Below, piece by piece: positions 1 through 12,591 of a stretch of 64,000 nt of DNA (its first letter is position 1; every line of letters starts with the position of its first letter). The stretch is from Pecten maximus (taxonomy: Eukaryota). Made by a program: the position numbers and the translations under genes. The stretch spans positions 7,750,001 to 7,814,000 of the forward strand of contig NC_047023.1 of the NCBI RefSeq assembly GCF_902652985.1. The letters are read 5' to 3'. The notes under the pieces are model-generated. The model saw only the letters and a list, made by a program, of their open reading frames with translations, had not been told where the DNA came from and ran no database searches.

Positions 1-2097
1 CGAATGTAACTGGTACTTCTCTGTGTCTGTCTTATAAGCTTTCGCGCGGAGTTTCAGTTTGGTCAAATTGATAACCCCTTCAAGTTTGAGGAGTGCAGAA
101 GAATGTTGAACACGTTTTGTCCTCAATGAATTCGCGATTGGTTTTCCACCAAACAAGGACGAATCGATCTGTAGAAGAGCCCATGTTTTGTCGCAGTCAT
201 AGAAAATCATGAACTCGACAAGTCGTCGAACACAGATCGGAAGTCGCATGTTGTCCTTGTTACCACGACCTATCATCCCAAACTGATAGTCACTTTCACG
301 TTGATATTTGATAAGTATCATTATCCACATTTCCAGAAAGTAAAACGATAGCTTGTTTGGATTTTTTGTTGGCTCTATACGGTACTTAGGATATCGCTTC
401 CAATACGCTTGTATATACGCGAGGGCATACTCGTGATGAAGAAAGGCACTTCTATCTAACAAATACATGCAGTCATTCACGACTGGTGTCCCTGCATTGT
501 CTGGTTGACAATAACCGTGCATGAGACAAGCTGCAATATTTGCCAGTTCTGTACAAATTCTCCAAATCATTTCCATGTGGGAGTCCTTTCTCTGAAAGTA
601 CTGAAGTATGTTTTCGAGCAGGCTGCATGCGGAATGAAGGCCTGCCCGTGAAAGAGACCAGCCCTCCTTCTTAAACATGCTCTGGTCCTGACCTAGTGGA
701 TGGTCAGTTGTCTCATATTTCACAGCTGGGTCGATCTGGTCTATTTTTGATGAACTAGTCAAATGTCTGAGTATATCTTCAGCCAAGTACAGATAGTTTA
801 CATGCGTTTTGTTTTCTATCTGGGATAAAATTGTGTGAACTATGCTTGCAAAACAAAAGTTAACACACAGGTATTCTAATAACTCGTCCGAACGGCCTGA
901 TGTTATCATTTCTATTGGGGGTTTCTGGAACTCCATAGGCATAACGGCCACGTGTTGCAAAAATTGGGCAAGTCTTGGTATTAAGGTATTTCTCAACTCA
1001 ACAAGGCCCTCGATGGCCCGCGCAAACGTCTCGTCTTCAAAGTGATCGACAAGATTGTTTTCTGCAATGAAATAGTTAGGAACAGTTTTGGTGGTCAGGA
1101 ATTGAAGTAATTTTTCCAAAAGGCTTCGGATATTCTCCAGATTGGATGATTCCGTCCATGTGCTAATTTGACGTTCTTCACAAAGCCAGAAAAAAGTCGT
1201 TTTAACATAGTACGACGAAATACATTTTGTTTTCTCGTTCGATTTGATCAGCGACTTTGCGATCTGATATGCAAGGCGTTGGTTTTCAGATAAAGACAAT
1301 GCTAACATTTTTTCAGCCTTTGTTGAAGATAACCTCCATTCATAGGGTCGTAAACAGCTACTATGTGACCCAATTGCAACCAGGTGACATCCTTGTTCCC
1401 GGATATCTCTAACTAGGGTGGTGCCTGGCCACTCGCGATTCATTACCCGTGTGAAGAAGTTGTCCAAACGCTTTGGCCAAGAGAAACATTTGACACCGAA
1501 GACACAGTCAATTGAAACCATAACACCACTGTTTGCACGAGACTGAAATGTAACAGAGGGACCGTTGAAAGTCGGTGTTTCCATGAATATGAGATTGATT
1601 TGACCTTTCTTGCTTTGCGTTATTGACTTTTCCAGTTGCATCTTTAATGTTTCGCTTGATAATCCAGTATTCTGTATTAGAGACATTTTGAGGGTCCCGG
1701 TGTCCGCGAGTGAAACAACTGTGGGGGGTAGCATATAGTAATACCCCGGATGACTGGCTTCTACTAATTGATAGAGATTCATGTCTGGTTGTGTTTCTTG
1801 AACTGAGTTCTGGACGTCTGAAACAATATTATAGTTATCAAATACAAACATCATGTCAATGTCTGTACTAACGTCAGTCGCCCATTGCGAATCAGCTTCC
1901 GGTCTACTGAAATACGGGAGATATAGCCGCTCAGCATGGCTGCCACATTTCACCACATCCACGTTCAGGCGGTTACCGTAGGCAACAGCCTCCTCTGCGA
2001 TTGGCCGGTAAATACTATCTACAGAGTAGCTCTTGACATTGGCAAAGTCTATGGCGTGTGTGAGTAGTTCACCTATCGAATCCGCGGTTGTATTCAT
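1..2097 (-). CDS. Mab-21/cGAS-like receptor (cGLR) nucleotidyltransferase with a long C-terminal extension; >=699 aa, 3' end beyond the window
   Basis: ATG at 2097 with an in-frame stop upstream at 2131-2133; frame open to base 1. Manual translation: MNTTADSIGELL...KCGSHAERL...STDIDMMFVF...HPGYYYM...NGPSVT...SIDCVFGVKCFSWP...WPGTTLVRDIREQGCHLVAIG...EWRLSSTKAEKML...ISSYYVKTTFFWLCE...PNYFIAENNL. These are the ordered Mab-21/cGLR motifs (GSxxE, DxD, third Asp, WRLS, SSYxxKT, xYFxxxxNL). Confidence 0.9.
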   Translation of the reverse strand, partial: MNTTADSIGELLTHAIDFANVKSYSVDSIYRPIAEEAVAYGNRLNVDVVKCGSHAERLYLPYFSRPEADSQWATDVSTDIDMMFVFDNYNIVSDVQNSVQETQPDMNLYQLVEASHPGYYYMLPPTVVSLADTGTLKMSLIQNTGLSSETLKMQLEKSITQSKKGQINLIFMETPTFNGPSVTFQSRANSGVMVSIDCVFGVKCFSWPKRLDNFFTRVMNREWPGTTLVRDIREQGCHLVAIGSHSSCLRPYEWRLSSTKAEKMLALSLSENQRLAYQIAKSLIKSNEKTKCISSYYVKTTFFWLCEERQISTWTESSNLENIRSLLEKLLQFLTTKTVPNYFIAENNLVDHFEDETFARAIEGLVELRNTLIPRLAQFLQHVAVMPMEFQKPPIEMITSGRSDELLEYLCVNFCFASIVHTILSQIENKTHVNYLYLAEDILRHLTSSSKIDQIDPAVKYETTDHPLGQDQSMFKKEGWSLSRAGLHSACSLLENILQYFQRKDSHMEMIWRICTELANIAACLMHGYCQPDNAGTPVVNDCMYLLDRSAFLHHEYALAYIQAYWKRYPKYRIEPTKNPNKLSFYFLEMWIMILIKYQRESDYQFGMIGRGNKDNMRLPICVRRLVEFMIFYDCDKTWALLQIDSSLFGGKPIANSLRTKRVQHSSALLKLEGVINLTKLKLRAKAYKTDTEKYQLHS

Positions 2098-2279
2098 TCT
2101 CAAGCTTAGTTGATAAATATTTCTCCCTCCCTATCCATTCAATTAGTTCCAAGCAGGCGTTGATCGGTTGATTCTTCTTTTAAGTAGATTGTCCTGAAGA
2201 TATAAAGCATATGTATCAAATTGCTGACTAAAATAAGGTATATTTCCGATGTACGGCTCGTTTGAATTTTAAATTTCTT

Positions 2280-2720
2280 AATAACCTCTCGAGACAACAT
2301 TATAACAGAAGCACGCTGTGATGTACTTTTCTGGTATAGCATTTTCCCTGGTATATCATTCCCGATAACCTCGTGATACAACCTCATCAGAGAAGCACAC
2401 TGTCAGATACTTTTCTGGTATAGCATTTTCCCTGGTATATTATTCCTGATAACCTTGTGATACAACCTTATCACAGAAGCACATTAGCAGACACGTTTCC
2501 TGGAATAACAACCTTAATCACCTCCCGAGACAATCTCATCACAGAAGCACAACGTCAGAGACTTTTCTGGCATACCATTTCGGGACCAACCCATCACAGA
2601 AACACGATGTAAGATATTTTCCTTGTATAGCGTTCTTCATAGTAAAACATTCTTGATAACCTATCGAGACAATCTCCTCTCCGAAACACATTGTCAGATA
2701 TGTTTCCCTTGTAGAACATA
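2280..2720. repeat. Degenerate ~84-bp tandem repeat upstream of the cGLR gene
   Basis: CTGGTATAGCATTTTCCCTGGTATA recurs at 2331 and 2415 (84-bp spacing); ACAGAAGCAC and GACAATCTC variants continue with decay to ~2720. Confidence 0.6.
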
Positions 2721-4206
2721 GTTACCATTTGGAAAGCACCCTTGCAGAGCATATCGCCAAACAAGAATATTCGAATTAGGTTCTTCCTGTATAAAGTGAC
2801 CTTTTGAGACAGCCCTGACTGAGGCATATCGACAGCCATATTGCCAGTATAGTACAGTAACCATTTGTGACGCCCTACTTTAATTTTATTACACAAAGAA
2901 CCTCTGACTTCCTCTTTATAAAGCACCTCGCATATATACGACGTCAATGCAAACCATATCATTTACAAAAAAATTCAAGACTACATAAAAAGCGTCAATT
3001 CTGTTCATAGGCATCAACATGTTTGTACATAGTAGCTTGAAACAATCTTACTTCAATCATACATAACACTAGATATCAATGTTTTCATAATCGTATGGTT
3101 AATTGACTTATACATACATTTGTGTATTCGATAAACTGGCTTTTTGTGATAAGGTACATGTATATAAGTAAGAGATCGACCTTACCTCTAATTGTACGGG
3201 GTGGTCTGCATGACAGCTGGACCCTGCAGCAGCAGCAGCAGCAGCAGCTTCATTGTACATGTTATCATGGCTGATAGCACGCCATTACACTGCACAACTA
3301 CACATAAAAATAGATTACGCAGAACTGGTTTTGTTCAATAACAGACAGCATATGTGCTCGCGTGTTCACTGTTCTGCATCGCCAGGTTAATTCAAAGGAG
3401 TATTTAATACGCATTTACGGCGGAGTTCACGTTTATATATATATATATATAATGCATTGTGTCTACACATACGGGACCAGTTCTGGCTTTTTTGTAGTAT
3501 CGTCAACTTCACTGTTTCTTCGAAAGAAATTTGACTTGATATTATTAACACCGTCAGATTTTAGGTTTTACTTTCAAATGCTGCCTGTGACGTTGCATGA
3601 TTTCAATACCACACTCTGTTGAGAAATCCTTTAAGTGAGTTGTGGAAATATATATTACATGTAAAACACCAATTTAGTACTGTTGTACGTAGCCACATTT
3701 CTACCAGGCAAGAATGTCCTAAAACTTTAATATCCAATATGTATTCGGACATGAATTTCTAGCGGATAGATCTTATTTTCTGAATTTGTCTACTTTCATT
3801 TTTTTTTTTTTTTTTTTTTTTGTTCAAACAATTTTATCGAATATCAGACTAACGCCTGTAATCTATTCAAACAAATAAAAATGATATCAGATATACATAT
3901 AAACTATGATGAAAATGAATATAGATATAATTATGTCTATAGTTCATATATAACCTTTTTTTATACCTATCCGCCAGCCATGGTTAACATCCATTCTAAT
4001 ATCTTATGTTTTTTGTTTTCATATTTTCTATGGCATGTTTAAAATTATTTATTCACTTGATTAAGTTTCGAATACTTCAGCATGATAATTAAACGGATTC
4101 CGAAAAGATTCATTACAAAATCTAACAACCGACTTGAAGGTGAGCATGCTAGTTTTAATGGTGTTCCCGTATGATTAAATAATCGTATGACAATCGCTGT
4201 TCAATC

Positions 4207-5715
4207 CTGTTGTTTGGACGAGTGTCAGTCTGTCAGTGCTATGTCGAGGGAGAGCCAAGGATGCCAACAGCGACTAGACATTCCCCACCCGCCCTCCATC
4301 AATACCCCATTCCATTTAGTGTTTAATTGGCCTACGCGAGACTCGTTATTGCCTTTCTCGTACCCCAAACTCTTTGCCACACAACTGATCACCTAATAGT
4401 CCCTTCCCTAAGAGAATTACTCTACCATACTCAGTATAGATATTGAACTCAAAATGTTACTGACAAAAGTTCGAAATAGAACTATGGTAAAAAATATTCA
4501 GCGATCAATGAAGATAGGACAAATCTTCTATGAAAATAATTGTGCTAATAGCATTTCAAACATAAAACATAAAACTGTGACCAGACGCTTGATGTTGTTT
4601 GTTGGTGTCTGTCCGGTCAAGGGAATTATTACTCAAGTCATATTTCCAGTTCCAGCTTGTATTGGTCTTCTCTTAATATGGGACACGTATGACAATCTAC
4701 TGATGTTATCCTTTCTAGCTCTCGCTTCACTCTCTCAATCTTGGACCAGCATGACAACCTACTCCTGATGTTATCCCTTCTGACTCTTGCCTCTGTCTCT
4801 CCTGCTACTCCTACTGTCTTGCTACTCTGCTACTGTTTCTCTCTACTGTTCGTACTGTCTCCTCTCTGACTCTCCTTTAGTTTTACTTAAGTTAGGATTT
4901 ACTTCAGATGCAAATTATTTGACTGATGTTTCTATTGGTCAACTACATGATATGGGTGGGCTTATCTTCCTGAGATGGACAGCTATTAGGTGGTCCATTG
5001 TCCACTACTCTGTCCAGAGTTTCCCAGGCTAACCCATACCTTTTAATTATGCTTAATGATGCCAATCCCCCTTCTTCTTTCATCCAGCTTCCTGCCTTCC
5101 TTTTACATCATACATTATCTCACAATAGCACCCTGTTCTTAACATTCTGTCTTCCATTCTCTCTCTTTTATCTGACATCAATCCATTTATTCCTTTCTTT
5201 AAATATCTCTGATTATACAACATACCGTCCTCACATTTTCCCATTCCATACTGTCATAAAACATAAAAAAGCGTTTTTGTCATTCCGAGATAAAAATTTA
5301 ATCATTTATGTAAAAAGCACGTAAGAATGCTACTTATTAGTCAGATAAAGTAGTATTTAATTGACAAAATTATCATGTTTCGGAACATATTATAAACACA
5401 CAAAAACGTCGCAAAATGTCTTACTTGAAAGAATGAGTTTTGTTAGTGGTGTACCAGTTTCTTTCAGCTTTAAGTTTGAAAGTGGTAGCCAGGAATAATT
5501 GCACAATCTGGCGAACATGTAGGCAAGGGACAATCAGGCAATCTGCACCTGTTCTAGAGTTCAATGTTGAGAATCAGTTGGTCTTCCCCTTATTTAGGAT
5601 TCATTTGTGTGTCCTATCCAACAATATACAGCCCAGACCTTCTCAAGATCAGTTTTCAATCCACTCAAAAGGCATCCACACCATTCCTTAGAAATATCAC
5701 CATTGTTTTCATGTG
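4207..5715 (-). pseudogene. Decayed KY/Hillarin-like paralog (pseudogene D): remnants of two transglutaminase-fold exons
   Basis: ~5715-5499 reads CLLSGLKTDLEKVWAVYCWIGH...PTDSQH*TLEQVQIA*LSLAYMFARLC (gene A: LLSGLKTDLEKVRAVFCWIGH...PTDCPNSILRQVQESNMSFAYLFARLC). 4407-4207 reads ...VAKSLGYEKGNNESRVGQLNTKWNGVLMEGGW...RHSTDRLTLVQTT (gene A: VAKSAGYEVGDVETRVEALENRWNGVFVDGEW...HSTGKFTLVETK). Stops, frameshifts and a GA instead of GT donor at 4206-4205. Confidence 0.8.
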
Positions 5716-5789
5716 TCTCTCACATATAATGATTTATCTCTAATAGTTGTACTATGTTTCCTTACTGATCTTACTTATCATCAAGTATT

Positions 5790-5852
5790 CATACTGCAAT
5801 AGTATCAGGATCTTTAAAGTCAAATGACCGTTAAGGCCCATGGGCCTCTTGT
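5790..5852 (+). mobile_element. 3' end of a Helentron/HINE-type element (second copy at ~9678-9740)
   Basis: CAAATGACCGTTAAGGCCCATGGGCCTCTTGTT: subterminal motif plus GGCCCATGGGCC palindrome followed by CTTGTT, the same end structure as the element at 18956. Confidence 0.5.
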
Positions 5853-6640
5853 TGGTTTTAATGAGAATTAGTGTCGGAATAATAAATGTCTTATCTGTCA
5901 CTGACAACGCCTTCCTAAGGAAAATAAAAAAGAACCAATTATAATTTCGCATTTAATGATTCAGTTTACAAATGGGTTACAAAGTAATAGATATATACAT
6001 GTATATACTTATTGACAGTGCTGAATCGTACATGGTCAATACACTAAGATACAATGGTCAAAGACACCTTACACTACATTTACACTCATTTTCAAATCAT
6101 TTCATTTGTAGCACCATATATTTGTTGACATCTGCGATCAATACTAATACCTAAGATATTACACTAAAGACTAAAATCATTGTTTCGAGTAAATATAATG
6201 TTCATAATACATGTCTTTACTCATTTATTAATATTGGCACGTAGATTAAACAATTGAGAATTGGTATGACTACATGTAACAGGTATGAAGTAAGGCAAGA
6301 GCTAAAATAAACTTGGCTGTATGGCAGGAACATACATGTATGTACGTCCCTTCGTATGGTAAACATCCATTAGAGTATATGATCCGGGTATTTCGCTACA
6401 TGATGTACGACTGCCTACATATAATTTCTAAATATGTAATATATATGCATTTTCATGAAATATACATGTACATTTCTGTATATAAGAAAAATACATTCTA
6501 TTGTGAGCACATTGATATCAAACGTACCCTTAGGGGAATATAATCCGTGAATCATACAGTCTTAATCAGACACAACAGAACAATACTACGAATCTAGTTA
6601 CTTTCCTCCTCCCCCTTTCAGTACATCACATTTCCAAGCT

Positions 6641-6672
<32 letters not shown>

Positions 6673-7559
6673 GCCCTCTTCAGTACATCACATTTTCTTA
6701 TTGAGATATATGTATATAAAAACATATAAATCTATACCAATGCACGTGTCCGTATTCTTCGTCAATGATCTGTCACGTGTCCACATGTTGGACACATGTA
6801 CATGTTTTATGCGTGTGATAGTGTAGCGACAATCTGTAACGTGTCCTGCAGAATATCTTACCATGATCTTAGCATTATATGACATCGCTCATCAAACAGT
6901 ATTTAAAGACATTAGATTCAAAAAGAGAGTAAAGAAAAGCTCATTAAAAAAACAACTATTCTTCCTTTTTATGACGCCATAATACCTGACATATACCTCT
7001 ACTCTATAACTTGGAATACCCCAAAATATTTCACAAATCAAAGTAAAGGGATTCCAGTCATCAACTACATGTTAGCGTTTCAAATGGACAATTTGTCTAC
7101 CAATATTTGTTTTTTACATGGGTCATGGGTACATTTATTATGTAACAATGTCGGAATATACATTAGCTAAGATACAAGATACTTGTTTAAATAGATTATC
7201 ACAGGGCATTACAGGCCAGTGAGCCGGTGGTTGGGAAAGCCCCACCCAAGCAAGCTCTCTGACTCTAGTACATGTAAAATTATTCAGGTAAAACAGATAG
7301 TTATCACTTATAATATAACAATGACATAAAGGTAAGTATAGATTAATAATTAGCAACATTACAATTTATTGCAAAGGATAAAAATATAAAAGCGAGATAT
7401 GGGGATTTAATATTGTCATAATTATTTGCAGATATTGCATGGACAGACAGACCATCCCAGGAATGGACCAGCCAGTTTTCAACTCTTCAAATGTCATTTA
7501 GGAGACGATTTGGAATAAGTCTGACAAGTCAATTATTTCAAAATAAAAATAAAATTGCA

Positions 7560-7975
7560 AAGTTAATATGAATTTACATATAAAGATACAGTGTATATCG
7601 TTTACAAATCATTTAAAAGCAGTAGGCCAAGTATAGATCCCTGAGAAACAACTTCAGCTCTTCCAGTCAGTCTCAATCTTAACCTGCTGTGTCATGCTGC
7701 TCAAGTAGTCGGAGACCAAGCTAACAGAGCTTCCACTCCAACCACAGGCCCTTAGATTCCTGATCTGTCCATCAGTATAGCGGCGACATACTCATAATTA
7801 TCATGAGCTATATATACGTCAGTTCTCAACAAGCTGTAGCAGGATATACATCCAAATTCTTGCTTAAAACGCTTCAGGGAAAGGATGGAAAATATTGGTA
7901 AAAAATGACAATTGAGAGCACAAACATATGACAGGGGAAATTTGCATCACAGTCAATAACTGACATTTTGTAGAA
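7560..7975 (-). mobile_element. Degenerate non-LTR retrotransposon (CR1/L2-like) reverse transcriptase fragment
   Basis: Frameshifted translation IFHPF...EFGC...NYEYVAAILMD(R)S...VSQGSILGLLL.../FVNDI matches the LINE RT motifs 'aillDlSKAFD' and 'GVPQGSILGPLLFNIFINDI'. Confidence 0.7.
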
Positions 7976-8704
7976 AATTGATCACGTGTCCACGCCTAGA
8001 AATGGCATTGCTCTTCTTTTAATGCTACAAAACTAATCACATATCTATTAAAACGTGTTTAATTCACGGTACAATACAGGTTTGTATAGTTGTAAATAAA
8101 TGGCCGTAAATAACTCATTTCATTATATAGAAAAGTTAATATAAAAATGGGATGTTTTATACACGTGCGGTACAAAATGCATAATTACAGTACAAATAAA
8201 ATAAAAATATTTAGATATCACAGTTAAGTACAGCTAGGTGTACAGTTACCAAAAATACGTTACGTTGGAAATACCACATTCGTGCAACGGATATGTATAT
8301 CCGCTTTGTCAGTTAGTTTTGCCTGTTATGATGCAGTATTCAAAATAGAAAATAATTAAATGTCAAGCCTAGAATGACATTAATATTAGACTAAAACACA
8401 ATGAAACTATTTGGTTGTATAGTTTCACACACAATTTATAAACATCATGTCGTCAACGTATACGAAGATTATACCTCAAACCTGGATATTTATTAAAAGC
8501 ATATTTGGAATACGAACATGTACATGGTAATTTCAATTAGAACGTGTAGGTGGCAAAGTAATCCAAAAGAAAACAGAATATGTCCGGTATGTTTAGAGTA
8601 TTTTGGAGATGAGATCATGATCTGCGCTTACAAAGAAAGTAAATTCTTAATTCGTTTACTGTTAACATAGTCACACTACTGATGTTATTTGAAATACAGC
8701 TAAA

Positions 8705-9075
8705 TCATTATTGGTTCCTCGTGCTCTTCTTGTTTGTTTCTCGTGCTAATTGTTGGATCCTCGTGCTGATATTATTGGTTCCTCGTGCTGTTATTGTTAG
8801 TTTCTCGTGCTGTTATTGTTAGTTTCTCGTGCTAATTGTTGGATCCTCGTGCTGTTATTGTTGGGTCCTCGGACTGTTATTGTTGGGTCCTCGGACTGTT
8901 ATTGTTGGGTCCTCGGACTGTTATTGTTGATTCCTCGTGCTGTTATTGTTAGTTACTCGTGCTGTTATTGTTGGGTCCTCGGACTGTTATTGTTGATTCC
9001 TCGTGCTGTTATTGTTTGGTCCTCGGACTGTTATTGTTGATTCCTCGTGCTGTTATTGTTGGTTCCTCGTGCTGG
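8705..9075. repeat. 22-bp minisatellite (CTCGTGCTGTTATTGTTGGTTC variants)
   Basis: Direct tandem units, about 17 copies. Confidence 0.95.
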
Positions 9076-9387
9076 TATCTCAATCAGTTATTCCTTTCTT
9101 TAATATCTCTGATTATACAACATACCCGTCCTCACATTTTTCCATTCCATACTGTCATAAAACATAAAAAAGCGTTTTTGTCATTCCGAATAAAAATTTA
9201 ATCATTTATGTCAAAAGCCACGTAATAATGCGACTTATTAGTCAGATAAAGTCGGATTATTGACCAAATTAGCATGTTCGGCTATTATCACACCAAAAAC
9301 GCGCAAAATGTCTTACTTGAAGAATGAGTTTTGTTATGGTGTACCATTTCTTTTCAGCTTTAATTTTGAAAGTGGTAGCCAGGAATA

Positions 9388-9600
9388 CTTGCACAATCTG
9401 GCGAACATGTAGCAAGGGACAATCAGGCAATCTGCAACCTGTTCGAGAGTTCATGTTGGAATCGTTGGTCTTTCCCTTATTTAGGATGTCATTTGTGTGT
9501 CCTATCCAACAATATACAGCCCAGACCTTCTCAAGATCAGTTTTCAATCCACTCAAAAGGCATCCACACCATTCCTTAGAAATATCACCATTGTTTTCAT
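9388..9600 (-). pseudogene. Second copy of the pseudogene D exon (SGLKTDLEKVWAVYCWIGH) carried by the 3.89-kb duplication
   Basis: ORF 9269..9556 starts SGLKTDLEKVWAVYCWIGH; homology continues in a shifted frame (YMFARLC). Confidence 0.75.
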
Positions 9601-10527
9601 GTGTCTCTCACATATAATGATTTATCTCTAATAGTTGTACTATGTTTCCTTACTGATCTTACTTATCATCAAGTATTCATACTGCAATAGTATCAGGATC
9701 TTTAAAGTCAAATGACCGTTAAGGCCCATGGGCCTCTTGTTGGTTTTAATGAGAATTAGTGTCGGAATAATAAATGTCTTATCTGTCACTGACAACGCCT
9801 TCCTAAGGAAAATAAAAAAGAACCAATTATAATTTCGCATTTAATGATTCAGTTTACAAATGGGTTACAAAGTAATAGATATATACATGTATATACTTAT
9901 TGACAGTGCTGAATCGTACATGGTCAATACACTAAGATACAATGGTCAAAGACACCTTACACTACATTTACACTCATTTTCAAATCATTTCATTTGTAGC
10001 ACCATATATTTGTTGACATCTGCGATCAATACTAATACCTAAGATATTACACTAAAGACTAAAATCATTGTTTCGAGTAAATATAATGTTCATAATACAT
10101 GTCTTTACTCATTTATTAATATTGGCACGTAGATTAAACAATTGAGAATTGGTATGACTACATGTAACAGGTATGAAGTAAGGCAAGAGCTAAAATAAAC
10201 TTGGCTGTATGGCAGGACATACATGTATGTACGTCCCTTCGTATGGTAAACATCCATTAGAGTATATGATCCGGGTATTTCGCTACATGATGTACGACTG
10301 CCTACATATAATTTCTAAATATGTAATATATATGCATTTTCATGAAATATACATGTACATTTCTGTATATAAGTAAAATACATTCTATTGTGAGCACATT
10401 GATATCAAACGTACCCTTAGGGGAATATAATCCGTGAATCATACAGTCTTAATCAGACACAACAGAACAATACTACGAATCTAGTTACTTTCCTCCTCCC
10501 CCTTTCAGTACATCACATTTCCAAGCT

Positions 10528-10560
<33 letters not shown>

Positions 10561-11446
10561 GCCCTCTTCAGTACATCACATTTTCTTATTGAGATATATG
10601 TATATAAAAACATATAAATCTATACCAATGCACGTGTCCGTATTCTTCGTCAATGATCTGTCACGTGTCCACATGTTGGACACATGTACATGTTTTATGC
10701 GTGTGATAGTGTAGCGACAATCTGTAACGTGTCCTGCAGAATATCTTACCATGATCTTAGCATTATATGACATCGCTCATCAAACAGTATTTAAAGACAT
10801 TAGATTCAAAAAGAGAGTAAAGAAAAGCTCATTAAAAAACAACTATTCTTCCTTTTTATGACGCCATAATACCTGACATATACCTCTACTCTATAACTTG
10901 GAATACCCCAAAATATTTCACAAATCAAAGTAAAGGGATTCCAGTCATCAACTACATGTTAGCGTTTCAAATGGACAATTTGTCTACCAATATTTGTTTT
11001 TTACATGGGTCATGGGTACATTTATTATGTAACAATGTCGGAATATACATTAGCTAAGATACAAGATACTTGTTTAAATAGATTATCACAGGGCATTACA
11101 GGCCAGTGAGCCGGTGGTTGGGAAAGCCCCACCCAAGCAAGCTCTCTGACTCTAGTACATGTAAAATTATTCAGGTAAAACAGATAGTTATCACTTATAA
11201 TATAACAATGACATAAAGGTAAGTATAGATTAATAATTAGCAACATTACAATTTATTGCAAAGGATAAAAATATAAAAGCGAGATATGGGGATTTAATAT
11301 TGTCATAATTATTTGCAGATATTGCATGGACAGACAGACCATCCCAGGAATGGACCAGCCAGTTTTCAACTCTTCAAATGTCATTTAGGAGACGATTTGG
11401 AATAAGTCTGACAAGTCAATTATTTCAAAATAAAAATAAAATTGCA

Positions 11447-11862
11447 AAGTTAATATGAATTTACATATAAAGATACAGTGTATATCGTTTACAAATCATT
11501 TAAAAGCAGTAGGCCAAGTATAGATCCCTGAGAAACAACTTCAGCTCTTCCAGTCAGTCTCAATCTTAACCTGCTGTGTCATGCTGCTCAAGTAGTCGGA
11601 GACCAAGCTAACAGAGCTTCCACTCCAACCACAGGCCCTTAGATTCCTGATCTGTCCATCAGTATAGCGGCGACATACTCATAATTATCATGAGCTATAT
11701 ATACGTCAGTTCTCAACAAGCTGTAGCAGGATATACATCCAAATTCTTGCTTAAACGCTTCAGGGAAAGGATGGAAAATATTGGTAAAAAATGACAATTG
11801 AGAGCACAAACATATGACAGGGGAAATTTGCATCACAGTCAATAACTGACATTTTGTAGAAA
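11447..11862 (-). mobile_element. Duplicate of the degenerate LINE RT fragment
   Basis: ORF 11639..11842 contains IFHPFPEAFKQEFGC...NYEYVAAILMDRS; same sequence as 7560-7975. Confidence 0.7.
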
Positions 11863-12591
11863 ATTGATCACGTGTCCACGCCTAGAAATGGCATTGCTCT
11901 TCTTTTAATGCTACAAAACTAATCACATATCTATTAAAACGTGTTTAATTCACGGTACAATACAGGTTTGTATAGTTGTAAATAAATGGCCGTAAATAAC
12001 TCATTTCATTATATAGAAAAGTTAATATAAAAATGGGATGTTTTATACACGTGCGGTACAAAATGCATAATTACAGTACAAATAAAATAAAAATATTTAG
12101 ATATCACAGTTAAGTACAGCTAGGTGTACAGTTACCAAAAATACGTTACGTTGGAAATACCACATTCGTGCAACGGATATGTATATCCGCTTTGTCAGTT
12201 AGTTTTGCCTGTTATGATGCAGTATTCAAAATAGAAAATAATTAAATGTCAAGCCTAGAATGACATTAATATTAGACTAAAACACAATGAAACTATTTGG
12301 TTGTATAGTTTCACACACAATTTATAAACATCATGTCGTCAACGTATACGAAGATTATACCTCAAACCTGGATATTTATTAAAAGCATATTTGGAATACG
12401 AACATGTACATGGTAATTTCAATTTAGAACGTGTAGGTGGCAAAGTAATCCAAAAGAAAACAGAATATGTCCGGTATGTTTAGAGTATTTTGGAGATGAG
12501 ATCATGATCTGCGCTTACAAAGAAAGTAAATTCTTAATTCGTTTACTGTTAACATAGTCACACTACTGATGTTATTTGAAATACAGCTAAA

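Noticed and set aside
2280-2720. C2H2 zinc-finger array suggested by the 84-bp period
   Set aside because: No CxxC...HxxxH or TGEKP pattern in the frames examined.
4577-5177. Possible solo LTR (starts TGTGACC, pyrimidine-rich interior)
   Set aside because: No matching target-site duplication, clear 3' terminus or primer-binding site found.
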